Shown piece by piece: positions 36,762 through 46,514 of a stretch of 64,000 nucleotides of DNA; within the stretch, counting starts at the first letter, position 1, and the number at the start of each line of letters is the position of its first letter. The notes under the pieces were generated by a model. It made no database searches and was not told the DNA's origin. It worked only from the letters and a program-made list of their open reading frames with translations. Origin of the DNA: an uncultured Enterobacteriaceae bacterium (GTDB lineage Bacteria > Myxococcota_A > UBA796 > SXON01); the NCBI GenBank assembly GCA_964457335.1, contig CAYWGD010000026.1:2534-66533 (forward strand). The letters run 5' to 3'. The position numbers and the translations under genes are program-made.

Positions 36762-37712
36762 ATGACTGAACCACGAGATGTGTCGGTGGCCGTGGTGGAG
36801 GAGAGCCGCGCCGTGCTCGCGCGGCACGCGCGCAGCTTCCGCTGGGCGTCCATGTTCCTGCCGGCCGCCGCGCGGGACGACGCCGCGGTGGTCTACAACT
36901 TCTGCCGACTCGCCGACGACCTCGTGGACGAGGCGCCCGACGCCGCGACGGGCGCCCGCGACCTCGCCCGCCTGGACGCCGAGCTCGGCGGCGAGGCCCC
37001 CCCGCGCCCGCTCGTGGCGGCGTTCCGCGCGGTCGTGGAGCGCCGGGGCATCGAGCTCGCCGCCGCGCAGGACCTGCTCGTGGGCATCGCCGGGGACCAG
37101 GGCCGCGTGCGCGTGGCCGACGACCCCGAGCTGCTCCGGTACTGCTACCGCGTGGCCGGCACGGTGGGGCTCCTGATGTGTGGGGTCCTCGGCGTGACGC
37201 GCCGGGAGGCCTGGCCGCACGCCGTCGACCTCGGCATCGGCATGCAGCTCACCAACATCTGCCGCGACGTGCTCGAGGACACCCGGCGCGACCGCGTGTA
37301 CCTGCCCGCGGCCCGCCTCCGCGCGGTGGGGGTCGATCCCGAGGAGCTCGTCGCCGGCACCGCCGACCGCGCCCGCGTGGCCGCGGTCGTGCGCGACCTG
37401 CTCGCCCTCGCCGAGCGCTACTACGCGAGCGCCGACGACGGGATGCGTGCCATCCCGCTGCGGAGCCGCCTCGCGATCCTCGTGGCGAGCCGCGTCTACC
37501 GCGCCATCGGGCGCCGCCTGCTCCGGCGGGGCTGTGACGCGCTGGCCGGCCGGACGATCGTGCCCGCCTGGGAGAAGCTCGGGTGGCTCGTGGCGGGGCT
37601 GCTCGCCGCGCTGCGCCCGCGCGTGGCGGGGCTCCTCGCCGCGCCGCCGCACGACGCGGCGCTGCACACGGGGCTGGAAGGGCTCGTCCCGGGACCGACG
37701 TGCTCGCGCTGA
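36762..37712 (+). CDS. crtB: Phytoene synthase
   Basis: HARSFRWAS, YNFCRLADDLVD, YCYRVAGTVG, LGIGMQLTNICRDVLED, RVYLP. Confidence 0.93.
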   Translation: MTEPRDVSVAVVEESRAVLARHARSFRWASMFLPAAARDDAAVVYNFCRLADDLVDEAPDAATGARDLARLDAELGGEAPPRPLVAAFRAVVERRGIELAAAQDLLVGIAGDQGRVRVADDPELLRYCYRVAGTVGLLMCGVLGVTRREAWPHAVDLGIGMQLTNICRDVLEDTRRDRVYLPAARLRAVGVDPEELVAGTADRARVAAVVRDLLALAERYYASADDGMRAIPLRSRLAILVASRVYRAIGRRLLRRGCDALAGRTIVPAWEKLGWLVAGLLAALRPRVAGLLAAPPHDAALHTGLEGLVPGPTCSR

Positions 37713-38779
37713 CGCCCCCGGACGCGGCACCCTGCCGCGAGGTGCTCGTGTCCCCAGGCGGGTTCTCGTGGTGGTACGCGGACATCGTCGACGACGCGGG
37801 CGACGGCGTCGTGCTCATCGGGGCGTGGGGCCTGCCGTTCCTCCCCGGGTACGCGGCGGCGGCCCGGCGGGGCGAGGCGCAGCGCCCTGAGGAGCGCCCC
37901 TCGCTGAACCTCGCGGTGTACCGGGCGGGCCGCCCCTGCTTCTACCTGCTCCAGGAGGGCGCGGGAGTGTGGGAGTCGCCCACGGTGTGGCGCTTCGGGG
38001 ACTCGGTGGTCGAGAGCGTGGTCGTGGACGGCGAGCGCCGGCTGCGCGCCGCGCTCGACTGCCCGGTGGCCGGCTCGTTGGACCGCCTCCGCGGGACCGT
38101 CGAGGTGCGGGGCGCCGCGCGACGGGCCTCCCCGATGGAGGTGGCGGAGGGTGAGCACCGCTGGACGCCGCTCACCGGGCCCGCGAGCGGGCAGGCCACG
38201 CTCCACGCCGGCGAGTGGCGCTTCGCCGTGCGCGGCCGCGGCTACCACGACCGCAACGAGTCGCGGGCGCCGCTCGACGCGCTCGGCATCGGGGAGTGGC
38301 TGTGGGGGCGCGCGCCGCTCGGCGACCGGGAGGTGGTGTGGTACCTGCTCTGGCCCGCTGACGGCGGGCCCGTGGTCGCCTGGGGGCTCCTGCTCCACGC
38401 CGACGGGGGGACCACGCCGATCGAGGGGCTCACCGTCGAGCTCGGGGCGCGTCGCCGGGGCGCGTACGGCCTCGGGTGGTGGGACCGCGTGCGCCTCCGA
38501 CACGCCGGTGAGACATGGCTCCATGTGTCACACGGTTCGGCGGTCGAGGACGGGCCGTTCTACCTGCGGTTCCTGCCCGTCGTGGAGGGCGTCGGGAGCC
38601 GCGGGCGGGGCGTCGCGGAGCTCGTGCGGCCCGACCGCGTGGACCTCGACTGGATGCGGCCGTTCGTGCGGATGCGCGTGCGCCCGGGGGAGGGGCGGCC
38701 GTCGAGGTGGCTGCCCCTCTTCGAGGGGCCGGCCTCGGACCGGCTCGGGCGCCTCTGGAGCGGGTGGCTCGGTGGCTGA
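37700..38779 (+). CDS. crtC: Carotenoid 1,2-hydratase
   Basis: GGFSWWYADIVDD, GRGYHDRN. GTG start overlaps the crtB end. Confidence 0.72.
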   Translation: MLALTPPDAAPCREVLVSPGGFSWWYADIVDDAGDGVVLIGAWGLPFLPGYAAAARRGEAQRPEERPSLNLAVYRAGRPCFYLLQEGAGVWESPTVWRFGDSVVESVVVDGERRLRAALDCPVAGSLDRLRGTVEVRGAARRASPMEVAEGEHRWTPLTGPASGQATLHAGEWRFAVRGRGYHDRNESRAPLDALGIGEWLWGRAPLGDREVVWYLLWPADGGPVVAWGLLLHADGGTTPIEGLTVELGARRRGAYGLGWWDRVRLRHAGETWLHVSHGSAVEDGPFYLRFLPVVEGVGSRGRGVAELVRPDRVDLDWMRPFVRMRVRPGEGRPSRWLPLFEGPASDRLGRLWSGWLGG

Positions 38780-40235
38780 CGCCGTCGTCGTGGGGAGCGG
38801 GCTCGGCGGGCTCGCGGCGGCGATCGAGCTCGCCGCGCTGGGCTGGGACGTGCGGGTGCTGGAGGCGGGGCCGATGCCCGGCGGGAAGGCGGGGGTCGTG
38901 GAGCTCGACGGGGTGGAGGTCGACACCGGGCCGAGCGTGCTGACGCTGCCCGAGGTGCTCGACGGGGTGCTGCGGGCCGGCGGGTCGAGCCTCGCCGACC
39001 AGCTCGAGCTCGTGTATGCGTCGCCGGCCTTCCGATACATCTGGCCGGGTGCTGACACATTCGACGTGTATCAGGCGCCCGAGGAGACGCTCGCCAGCGC
39101 CGCGCGGGCGTTCGGAAGCGACGCCGAGCGCGAGCTCGCCGCGTTCCTGGCCTACGCCCGGCGCATCTGGGACGCGGCGGCGCCCAACTTCGTGCTCGGG
39201 CCGGCGCCGACGGTCGCGGGGCTGACCCGGCTCGGGGTGCGCGCGTTCGGGCTCGTGGCCGACATCGACGGGCTGCGGTCGATGGACCGCGCGATCCGCG
39301 CCCGCGTGCGGCACCCGCGGCTCCGCGACGTGCTCGCCCGCTACGCGACGTACAACGGCTCGGACCTACGGGCCGCGCCGGCCACCCTCAACTGCATCGC
39401 GCACGTCGAGCTCGGGCTCGGGGGCTACGGCGTACGGGGCGGCATCTACGCGATCGTACGGGCGCTCGTGCGCGTGGCCGAGCGGCTCGGCGTCACGATC
39501 ACCTGCGGCCGCCCCGTGACGCGCGTGCGCGTGCAGGACGGCCGCGTCGCGGGTGTCGACACCCCTGAGGGGCCCGTCGACGCCGCGGTGGTGGTCGTGA
39601 ACGCGGACGTGGGCGCGCTCGCGGAGGGCCTCGTGGAGGCGCGGACGGGCGTGGGGGTGACCGAGCCGCGGTCGACGTCGGGCTGGACGGCGATCGTGCG
39701 GGCGCGCCGCCGCGTCGGGGCCGATGCACGGGTGGCGCACACGGTGCTCTTCCCGGAGCGGCCGTACGTCGAGGAGTTCGTGGACCTCTTCGACCGGGGG
39801 CGGCCGCCGGCGGACCCGACCGTGTACCTGTGCGCGCAGGAGGCGTGCCACGGGCGGCGCGGGTGGCAGGAGGAGGAGCCCGTCTTCGTCATGGTGAACG
39901 CGCCCGCCGAGCCGCGGGGCGGCGCGTCGACCGACTGGGCGGCCGTCGAGGCCGGCGTCCTCGGGCGTCTCCGGGGCGCGGGGCTCCTCGACGCGGGCGA
40001 CGCGGTCGTGTGGCGGCGCACCCCGGCCGAGCTGGCGGCGCGCTTCCCGGGGAGCCGCGGGGCGCTCTACGGGGCGGCCAGCAACGGTCTGGGCGCGGCG
40101 TTCCGACGCCCGCCGAACGCGGTCGCACGGGTCCCGGGGTTGTACCTGGCGTCCGGGAGCGCACACCCGGGCGGCGGCATCCCCTTGTGCCTGCAGTCCG
40201 GGCGGCAGGCCGCGGCGGAGGTGGGGCCCCCCTGA
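38772..40235 (+). CDS. crtD: CrtI-family desaturase, probably 1-hydroxycarotenoid 3,4-desaturase
   Basis: VVVGSGLGGLAAA, DTGPSVLT, RYATYNGS...APATL..IAHVE, GLYLASGSAHPGGG. Located directly after crtC. Confidence 0.65.
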   Translation: MADAVVVGSGLGGLAAAIELAALGWDVRVLEAGPMPGGKAGVVELDGVEVDTGPSVLTLPEVLDGVLRAGGSSLADQLELVYASPAFRYIWPGADTFDVYQAPEETLASAARAFGSDAERELAAFLAYARRIWDAAAPNFVLGPAPTVAGLTRLGVRAFGLVADIDGLRSMDRAIRARVRHPRLRDVLARYATYNGSDLRAAPATLNCIAHVELGLGGYGVRGGIYAIVRALVRVAERLGVTITCGRPVTRVRVQDGRVAGVDTPEGPVDAAVVVVNADVGALAEGLVEARTGVGVTEPRSTSGWTAIVRARRRVGADARVAHTVLFPERPYVEEFVDLFDRGRPPADPTVYLCAQEACHGRRGWQEEEPVFVMVNAPAEPRGGASTDWAAVEAGVLGRLRGAGLLDAGDAVVWRRTPAELAARFPGSRGALYGAASNGLGAAFRRPPNAVARVPGLYLASGSAHPGGGIPLCLQSGRQAAAEVGPP

Positions 40236-40247
40236 AAGGGGGGTGTA
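40227..40247. repeat. Hairpin motif CCCCCCTGAAAGGGGGGTGTA (copy 2), containing the crtD stop codon
   Basis: 20/21 identical to 9370-9390. Confidence 0.7.
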
Positions 40248-40282
40248 GCTGTGGTCCGCGCCATTCTGAGATAGGGGAGCGC

Positions 40283-42745
40283 ATGCGCATCCGTTCGCTG
40301 CTCCCGCTCGTGCTGGCTTCGGCCTGCAACGAGCCGAAGGAGCGGACGCCGGCGGACCCCGCGGACACCGACTCCGGCGCGGCCGACTCCGAGACGGGCG
40401 ACACGGACACCGGCGGCCCCGACACCGGCGACACCGGCCCCACCGAGCCGATCGCGCACGCATGGGCCGACGAGCTCGAGGACGCCGACCTGGTCGTCGG
40501 CTCCTGCGGCAGCGACGACGAAGGCACCCACGTGGTGGCGCCCGGGCCCGACCTCGACGGGGATGGGCTCCCCGAGCTCGCCATCGGCGCGCCGGGGCAC
40601 GACCTCTCCCGCGTCAGCGGCGGGGCCGTGTACTTCTTCCGCGGGAGCGACGTGGTGGACGGGCTCGGCGCGTGGGACGCCTACGCGGTGGTCCACACGG
40701 ACGAGCGCGAGATGGGCTTCGGCTCCCGCGTGTCGTGGGTCGGCGACCGCGACGGCGACGGCGTGGACGACCTCGTGGTCGGCTACGAAAGGGGGTTCTC
40801 GACCGTGCCGGGGGCGGACCTGCTCGCCGGCGGCGACGTGACGCCGTCCGCGAGCTTCGTCCCCTCGTCCGAGCTCACCTTCGTCCGCTGGGCCGACGTG
40901 GACCGCGACGGCGTGGACGACTGGCTGTTCGGGCACTCCGGGCGCTACGGCGAGGGCGCCGTCTCGGTGGTGCGGGACGCGGACTTCACCCTCGCGCTGG
41001 TCACGGCGAGCGAGTCGGCGTACGGCTCGACCGCCTCCGACGACGCGGGGCGGACGCTCGTGGCGCTCCACGAGGACTGGGACGGGGACGGCATCCCCGA
41101 ATTCGCGACGATCCTCTACGACACGCTGCACGTCATCGGCTCGGCGCGGCTCCTGGCGGGCGAGGATCAGCTCGCCGACGCGGCCCTGACGGGGGCGCCG
41201 TACCTCTCCGGTCACCAGGTGCTCGCGCCCGGGGACATCGACGGCGACGGGCTCGACGAGCTCCTCGTGTTCCAGGCGGGCAACAAGCTCTGCGTGCTGA
41301 ACGGCGCCGACTACACCGGCGAGTCGAAGATCTGCATCCGCGACGAGGGCCTGGGCCCGGACGAGGCGGTGCTCGGTGACGACCTCGACGGCGACGGCGT
41401 CCCCGAGGTGTGGTTCACCCGCGACGGTTGGCTCGTGGCCCAGGACGTGGGCGCGCTCGCGCAGGGCATCGAGCTCGAGCTGGCGCGGATGGCGCTCCCG
41501 GGCACCGCGGAGCGGCTGGCGGCCGCCGACGGGGTCGTCTGGGCGAGCCCCGAGGTCGCGTCCGAGGACCCGGAGGCCGAGATCGCCTGGGCCCACACCG
41601 CGTCGTTCACGCCGCAGCGCGCGGTGACGGTGTACGGCGGGAAGTGGGGCGGCATCCCGGAGATCCCCGCGTGGCGGGACGTGACGGGCGACGGCGTGGT
41701 CGATCTCGTCCTCGACGACGCCGCGGGGGGCGGCCTCGCCGCGTTCGACGGCGCCACGCTCGCCGAGGGGGGCGCGCGCACCTGGTGCGACGCCACCTGG
41801 ACCCGCCCGTGGACCGGCGTGACGACCAGATGGCTCGACGACGTGAACGGCGACGGCGCGGACGACGCGCTGCTCACCCGCTACCAGGACGGCGGCACGT
41901 GGCTCCACGAGGTGTGGTCCGGGCCCGTCGCGATCGGCGCGGTGGAGGGCGACGCCCCGCTCGCGTCGTGGACGTCGGAGGCGGACCTGGAGCCGCTCGC
42001 CGGCTGCGACCTCGACGGGGACGGGCACGAGGACCTCGTCGCGGACGGCGTCGACGGCGCGGAGCTCCTCGCCGGGGGCGCCGTCGGGGCGGACGGCTTC
42101 CGCCGTCTCGGCGCGATCCGCACCGACTCCACGCTCGACTGCCTGCCGGACGCGGACGGGGACGGGGGGGACGAGCTCTACGTCCGGCCGCGGAGCGACC
42201 GCGCCCACCTGTTCCGCTCGTCGCAGCTCGACCCTGCCACCACCCTGGAGGAGGAGGCGGCCGGGCTCACGATCGAGGGCGAGGACCTCTCCGTCGGGGA
42301 GCCGCTGCGCGCGGCGGACGGCAGCGGGCGGGTCGGCTGGTGGCTCCAGGTCGACGGCGACTACCAGCTCTGCCTGTTCGAGCTCGCCGGGCTCGCGGGC
42401 ACCGTGGCCAGCGCCGACGTGCCCAGGAGCTGCCTGGAGGACGTCTACGCCTCCGCGGTGGTCGACACCTGGCTCGACGAAGCGACCGGCGACACGACGC
42501 TCGACATCGTGCTCCACGCCGGTGGATCCGTCCGCGTCGTCGACGGCGCGACGCTGGGGCGCTCGGACCTGCTCGTCTACGTCGACGCGGAGGAGCGCCG
42601 GATCACCGACGTGGGCCCCGGGTCCGACGTCTTCGGGGTCGGCGCCCGCGCCATCTGGACACTCGGGGACGACCCCGATGCCGCCTACCACCTGGACTGG
42701 ACCCGCCTCGACGTGCTCTTTGCCCACCCTCCGGAGGAACCTTGA
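40283..42745 (+). CDS. FG-GAP-like repeat lipoprotein, paralog 1 of 3
   Basis: MRIRSLLPLVLASAC; about 12 DxDGDG loops. Confidence 0.8.
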   Translation: MRIRSLLPLVLASACNEPKERTPADPADTDSGAADSETGDTDTGGPDTGDTGPTEPIAHAWADELEDADLVVGSCGSDDEGTHVVAPGPDLDGDGLPELAIGAPGHDLSRVSGGAVYFFRGSDVVDGLGAWDAYAVVHTDEREMGFGSRVSWVGDRDGDGVDDLVVGYERGFSTVPGADLLAGGDVTPSASFVPSSELTFVRWADVDRDGVDDWLFGHSGRYGEGAVSVVRDADFTLALVTASESAYGSTASDDAGRTLVALHEDWDGDGIPEFATILYDTLHVIGSARLLAGEDQLADAALTGAPYLSGHQVLAPGDIDGDGLDELLVFQAGNKLCVLNGADYTGESKICIRDEGLGPDEAVLGDDLDGDGVPEVWFTRDGWLVAQDVGALAQGIELELARMALPGTAERLAAADGVVWASPEVASEDPEAEIAWAHTASFTPQRAVTVYGGKWGGIPEIPAWRDVTGDGVVDLVLDDAAGGGLAAFDGATLAEGGARTWCDATWTRPWTGVTTRWLDDVNGDGADDALLTRYQDGGTWLHEVWSGPVAIGAVEGDAPLASWTSEADLEPLAGCDLDGDGHEDLVADGVDGAELLAGGAVGADGFRRLGAIRTDSTLDCLPDADGDGGDELYVRPRSDRAHLFRSSQLDPATTLEEEAAGLTIEGEDLSVGEPLRAADGSGRVGWWLQVDGDYQLCLFELAGLAGTVASADVPRSCLEDVYASAVVDTWLDEATGDTTLDIVLHAGGSVRVVDGATLGRSDLLVYVDAEERRITDVGPGSDVFGVGARAIWTLGDDPDAAYHLDWTRLDVLFAHPPEEP

Positions 42746-44031
42746 TCGCTCTTTTGCTCTCCACGTCCGCCTTCGCCGGCCCGCTGTTCACCGACCTGGG
42801 CTTCGTGCTCACCGCGCCGGAGTCCGGCACCTTCAGCAGCGGCGTGAACGCCCCGAGCGTCGCCTGGGACGGCACCCAGTACGTGATGTTCTTCGAGTCG
42901 CCCTCCGCGGAGGTGCCGACCGACTGCGCGAACAGCTACTCGATCGGCCGCGCGACCTCGCCGGACGGCCTCACCTGGACGATGGACGCGGACCCGGTGC
43001 TCACCCCGAACCGCACCGACGCGCTCTCGGTCTACTCCTGCTCCGTGGCGCAGCCCGCCGTCGTCTACGCGGACGGCACGTGGCACCTGCTCTTCGGGAT
43101 GGGCGACGAGAAGCAGGACGCCAGCGCCAGCGTCAACACCCCGGCCGGCATCGGCTACGCGACCAGCACCGACGGCTTCACCTTCACCGTGGTGCAGGCG
43201 CCCACCTCGCTCGGGGACGACGAGGACGGCACGCCGAGCGGCGACTGGCACGCCCCCGACGGCGGGAGCCAGCGGCTCTCCATCGGGATGCCGAGCGCGG
43301 TGATGATCGACGACGTGCTTCACGTCCTGTACATGGAGAGCACGGCGATGTACGCCGGGAAGTACGACACCGTGGCGGGCACCTGGAGCCTCTGGGATCC
43401 CTCGGTCTCGACCCCCTGGCTCGGCACATCCTGGGCGGCCTACGGCGTCTTCTCGCCGTCGCTCACCTGCACCGAGGACGCGATCGGCCTCGTCCTCGGC
43501 GGCTACTCGGACGCCAGCTACGGCCTGCGCGGCGTCGGGACCTCCGACTCGACCGACCTCGTCACCTGGTCCACGGGCGACGCCCTCGACTCCACCTCGG
43601 CGGCCCCCTTCGACTCGCTCAACCACGTCGAGCTCGTGACCGCCGGGGCCGACATGCTCGTGTACTACGGCATGACCGACGCCTCGACGGGCAAGAAGGC
43701 CATCGGCCTCGCCGCGACGGCGGCCTCGTGGGGCACCCCCGACGGCCGCGACTGCGCCTGGGAGAGCGACGCCGACACGGACACGGACACCGACACCGAC
43801 ACCGACACCGATACGGACACCGACACGGACACCGACACGGACAGCGACACCGACGCGGACACCGACACGGATACCGACACGGACACGGATACGGACACCG
43901 ACACCGACGCCGACACCGGCACGCCGGCGAAGGACGAGGGCGGCTGCGGCTGCGCCACCGGCGCCGGCCCGGCGGGGCTGGGGCTCTGGGCGCTGGGCGC
44001 GGCCGCGCTGATCCGCCGTCGGCGGCGCTGA
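42742..44031 (+). CDS. Secreted five-bladed beta-propeller (GH43/32/130-like fold) protein with Asp-Thr linker and MYXO-CTERM tail
   Basis: TTG start overlaps the upstream stop. NAPSV...YVMFFE, IGRATSPDGLTW, AQPAVV...WHLLF, IGYATSTDGFTF; tail GGCGCATG...ALIRRRRR. Confidence 0.7.
   Translation: MIALLLSTSAFAGPLFTDLGFVLTAPESGTFSSGVNAPSVAWDGTQYVMFFESPSAEVPTDCANSYSIGRATSPDGLTWTMDADPVLTPNRTDALSVYSCSVAQPAVVYADGTWHLLFGMGDEKQDASASVNTPAGIGYATSTDGFTFTVVQAPTSLGDDEDGTPSGDWHAPDGGSQRLSIGMPSAVMIDDVLHVLYMESTAMYAGKYDTVAGTWSLWDPSVSTPWLGTSWAAYGVFSPSLTCTEDAIGLVLGGYSDASYGLRGVGTSDSTDLVTWSTGDALDSTSAAPFDSLNHVELVTAGADMLVYYGMTDASTGKKAIGLAATAASWGTPDGRDCAWESDADTDTDTDTDTDTDTDTDTDTDTDSDTDADTDTDTDTDTDTDTDTDADTGTPAKDEGGCGCATGAGPAGLGLWALGAAALIRRRRR
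43768..43917 (+). repeat. Coding (GACACC/GACACG)n hexamer repeat encoding an Asp-Thr linker
   Basis: Directly visible run encoding DADTDTDT... Confidence 0.88.
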
Positions 44032-44036
44032 TACAC

Positions 44037-46514
44037 ATGCGTGTATCGCTGCTCGCTCCATCCCTGGCGCTCGCGCTCCTCTCCGCCTGCGAGGACCCGG
44101 CGGGCGGGGGCAAGCCGGTCCAGCGGGACGAGGACACCGCCGTCGACACCGCGGACACCGGCGACACGGACAGCGGCGACACCGACTCCGGCGACCCACC
44201 CGACACGGGCCCCGCGACCCACGCGTGGCCGGGGTCGCTGGACGCGTCCGACCTGACCGTCACCGGCTGCGGCAGCGAAGACAACGGCGTCCACGCGATC
44301 GCGCCCGGGCCCGACCTCGACGGGGACGGCCTGGGCGAGCTCGCGGTGGGCGCGCCGGGCTACGACGGCGTGCGGAACGCCGGGGGGGCGGTGTACTTCC
44401 ACCGCGGGAGCGCGGTCGCCGACGGCCTCCGCGTGTGGGAGGCCGCGGCCGTCGTGACCCCGGCCGAGAGCACCACCGGCTTCGGCAGCCGCGTCACCTG
44501 GGTGGGCGACCGGGACGGCGACGGCGTGGACGATCTCGTGGTGAGCTCGACCAACGGCGGGCTCTGGACCGTGTCGGGCGCGGACCTGCTCGCGGGCGGC
44601 GAGGTGACGCCGCGCGCGCTCGTCTCCACCACCACCGTGCGCTTCGCGCGTTGGGCGGACGTCGACTACGACGGCGTGGACGACTGGCTCTTCGGGTACA
44701 CGCGGGACAGCGGCAACAAGGGCGCCGTCTCGATCGTGCGGGACGCGGAGTTCACGCTCGACGGGATCACCCGCAGCGAGACGGCCTACGGCACGGACAG
44801 CCGCTCGGGGGCCGGGGAATTCCTGGCGGCGCTGCACGAGGACTGGGACGGCGACGGCCTGCCGGAGCTCGCCACCGTCGTCTACGACGACCTGCACGTC
44901 ATCAGCTCCGCCGCGCTCCTCGCGGGCACCGAGCGGCTGGTCGACGCCGCGCTCACGACGGCGCACTACCTCTCCGACCACCAGCTCCTCGCCCCCGGGG
45001 ATCTCGACGGCGACGGGCTCGACGAGCTCGTCGTGTTCGCGGCCGGGAACAAGGTGTGCGTGCTGAACGGCGCCGACCCCACCGGCGACGCGAAGATCTG
45101 CATCCGCGACGAGGGCCTGGGACCGGCGGAGGCGATCCTCGGCGACGACGTCGATCACGACGGCGTGGGCGACCTCTGGTTCACGCGCGACGGCTGGCTC
45201 GTGGCGCAGGACCTCGGCGCGCTCGCCCAGGGGATCGAGCTGGAGCTCGCGCGGGTGCTCCCGCCGGACACGACCGAGGCGCTGGCCGCCGGGGACGGCA
45301 TCGTGTGGGCCAGCCCGACGGCGGGCCTGGGGGCCGAGGGGGACATCGCCTGGGCCTGGTCCGCGTCGTTCTCGCCGCAGCGCGCGACCACGTTGCGCGG
45401 CGGGAAGTGGGGCGGCACCCCGTCCGTCCCCACCTGGCGCGACGTGACCGGGGACGGCGTCGTCGATCTCGTGCTCGGGGACGCCGATGGGAGCGGCGTG
45501 GCGCTGTTCGACGGGGCGTCGCTGGCCGCCGGCGGGGAGGTCACCTGGTGCGACGCCGCGGCGGACCGCCAGTGGCCGGGCTCCGGCCTCGCCTGGGTCG
45601 ACGACGTCGACGGCGACGGCGCCGACGACGCGCTCCTCACGACCTACCAGGGCGACGGCACGTACCTGCAGGAGGTGTGGTCCGGGCCGGTCGCGGTCGG
45701 CGCGGCCGAGGGCGACACGCCCATCACGTCTTGGGTCACGAGCTCGGAGCTCGAGCCGCTCCCGGGCTGCGACCTCGACGGCGACGGCCAGGAGGACCTC
45801 GTCGCCGGCGACCGCGGCGTGGTGCTCTACAGCGGCGCGCTCGGCGAGGACGGCACGTTCCCGGTGCTGGGCGAGCTCGAGTCCGGCACTTCCACCGGCT
45901 GCATCCCCGACGTGGACGGCGACGGCGGCGACGAGCTCTACAACTACCAGCGCGAGAAGTATCGCTTGTATCGGTCGTCGCAGCTCGACCCCGCGCTCGT
46001 CGTGGCGCAGGAGGACGCCTGGATTGCCCTGGAGGGGGCCTACCTCTCGGTGCCCGCGCCCCTGCGCGCCGCCGACGGGAGCGGGCTCGTCGGCTGGTGG
46101 TTCGAGGCGGTCTACGACTACGAGCTCTGCGTGCTCGACCTCGCCGGGCTCTCCGGGAACGTCGACGCCGACGACGAGGGCGCGCTCCCCCAGCGTTGCG
46201 TGGACGGCCGGTGGGGCAACGGCGCCAGCGTCACCGCCTGGCTCGACGACGTGGAGGGGGACACGACCCCGGACATCGTGCTCTTCGGCGACGACGCGAG
46301 CGGCGCCACCTCGTACCGCGTCGTGGACGGCGCCACGCTCGGCACCGACACGCTGCTGGTCCAGGGCACGCCGGACTACGCGGGCCCCGGCCCGGACGTG
46401 CTCGGCGTGGGCGCGCGCGCCATCTGGGGCCTGGGGGACGATCCCGACCAGTCCGACAGCGACCGGACCCGCCTCGACGTGCTCTACGCCCGCGCGGCGG
46501 AGGAGACCCCGTGA
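44037..46514 (+). CDS. FG-GAP-like repeat lipoprotein, paralog 2 of 3
   Basis: MRVSLLAPSLALALLSAC; collinear with 40283 and 46511 (e.g. KICIRDEGLGP, LAQGIELELAR). Confidence 0.8.
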   Translation: MRVSLLAPSLALALLSACEDPAGGGKPVQRDEDTAVDTADTGDTDSGDTDSGDPPDTGPATHAWPGSLDASDLTVTGCGSEDNGVHAIAPGPDLDGDGLGELAVGAPGYDGVRNAGGAVYFHRGSAVADGLRVWEAAAVVTPAESTTGFGSRVTWVGDRDGDGVDDLVVSSTNGGLWTVSGADLLAGGEVTPRALVSTTTVRFARWADVDYDGVDDWLFGYTRDSGNKGAVSIVRDAEFTLDGITRSETAYGTDSRSGAGEFLAALHEDWDGDGLPELATVVYDDLHVISSAALLAGTERLVDAALTTAHYLSDHQLLAPGDLDGDGLDELVVFAAGNKVCVLNGADPTGDAKICIRDEGLGPAEAILGDDVDHDGVGDLWFTRDGWLVAQDLGALAQGIELELARVLPPDTTEALAAGDGIVWASPTAGLGAEGDIAWAWSASFSPQRATTLRGGKWGGTPSVPTWRDVTGDGVVDLVLGDADGSGVALFDGASLAAGGEVTWCDAAADRQWPGSGLAWVDDVDGDGADDALLTTYQGDGTYLQEVWSGPVAVGAAEGDTPITSWVTSSELEPLPGCDLDGDGQEDLVAGDRGVVLYSGALGEDGTFPVLGELESGTSTGCIPDVDGDGGDELYNYQREKYRLYRSSQLDPALVVAQEDAWIALEGAYLSVPAPLRAADGSGLVGWWFEAVYDYELCVLDLAGLSGNVDADDEGALPQRCVDGRWGNGASVTAWLDDVEGDTTPDIVLFGDDASGATSYRVVDGATLGTDTLLVQGTPDYAGPGPDVLGVGARAIWGLGDDPDQSDSDRTRLDVLYARAAEETP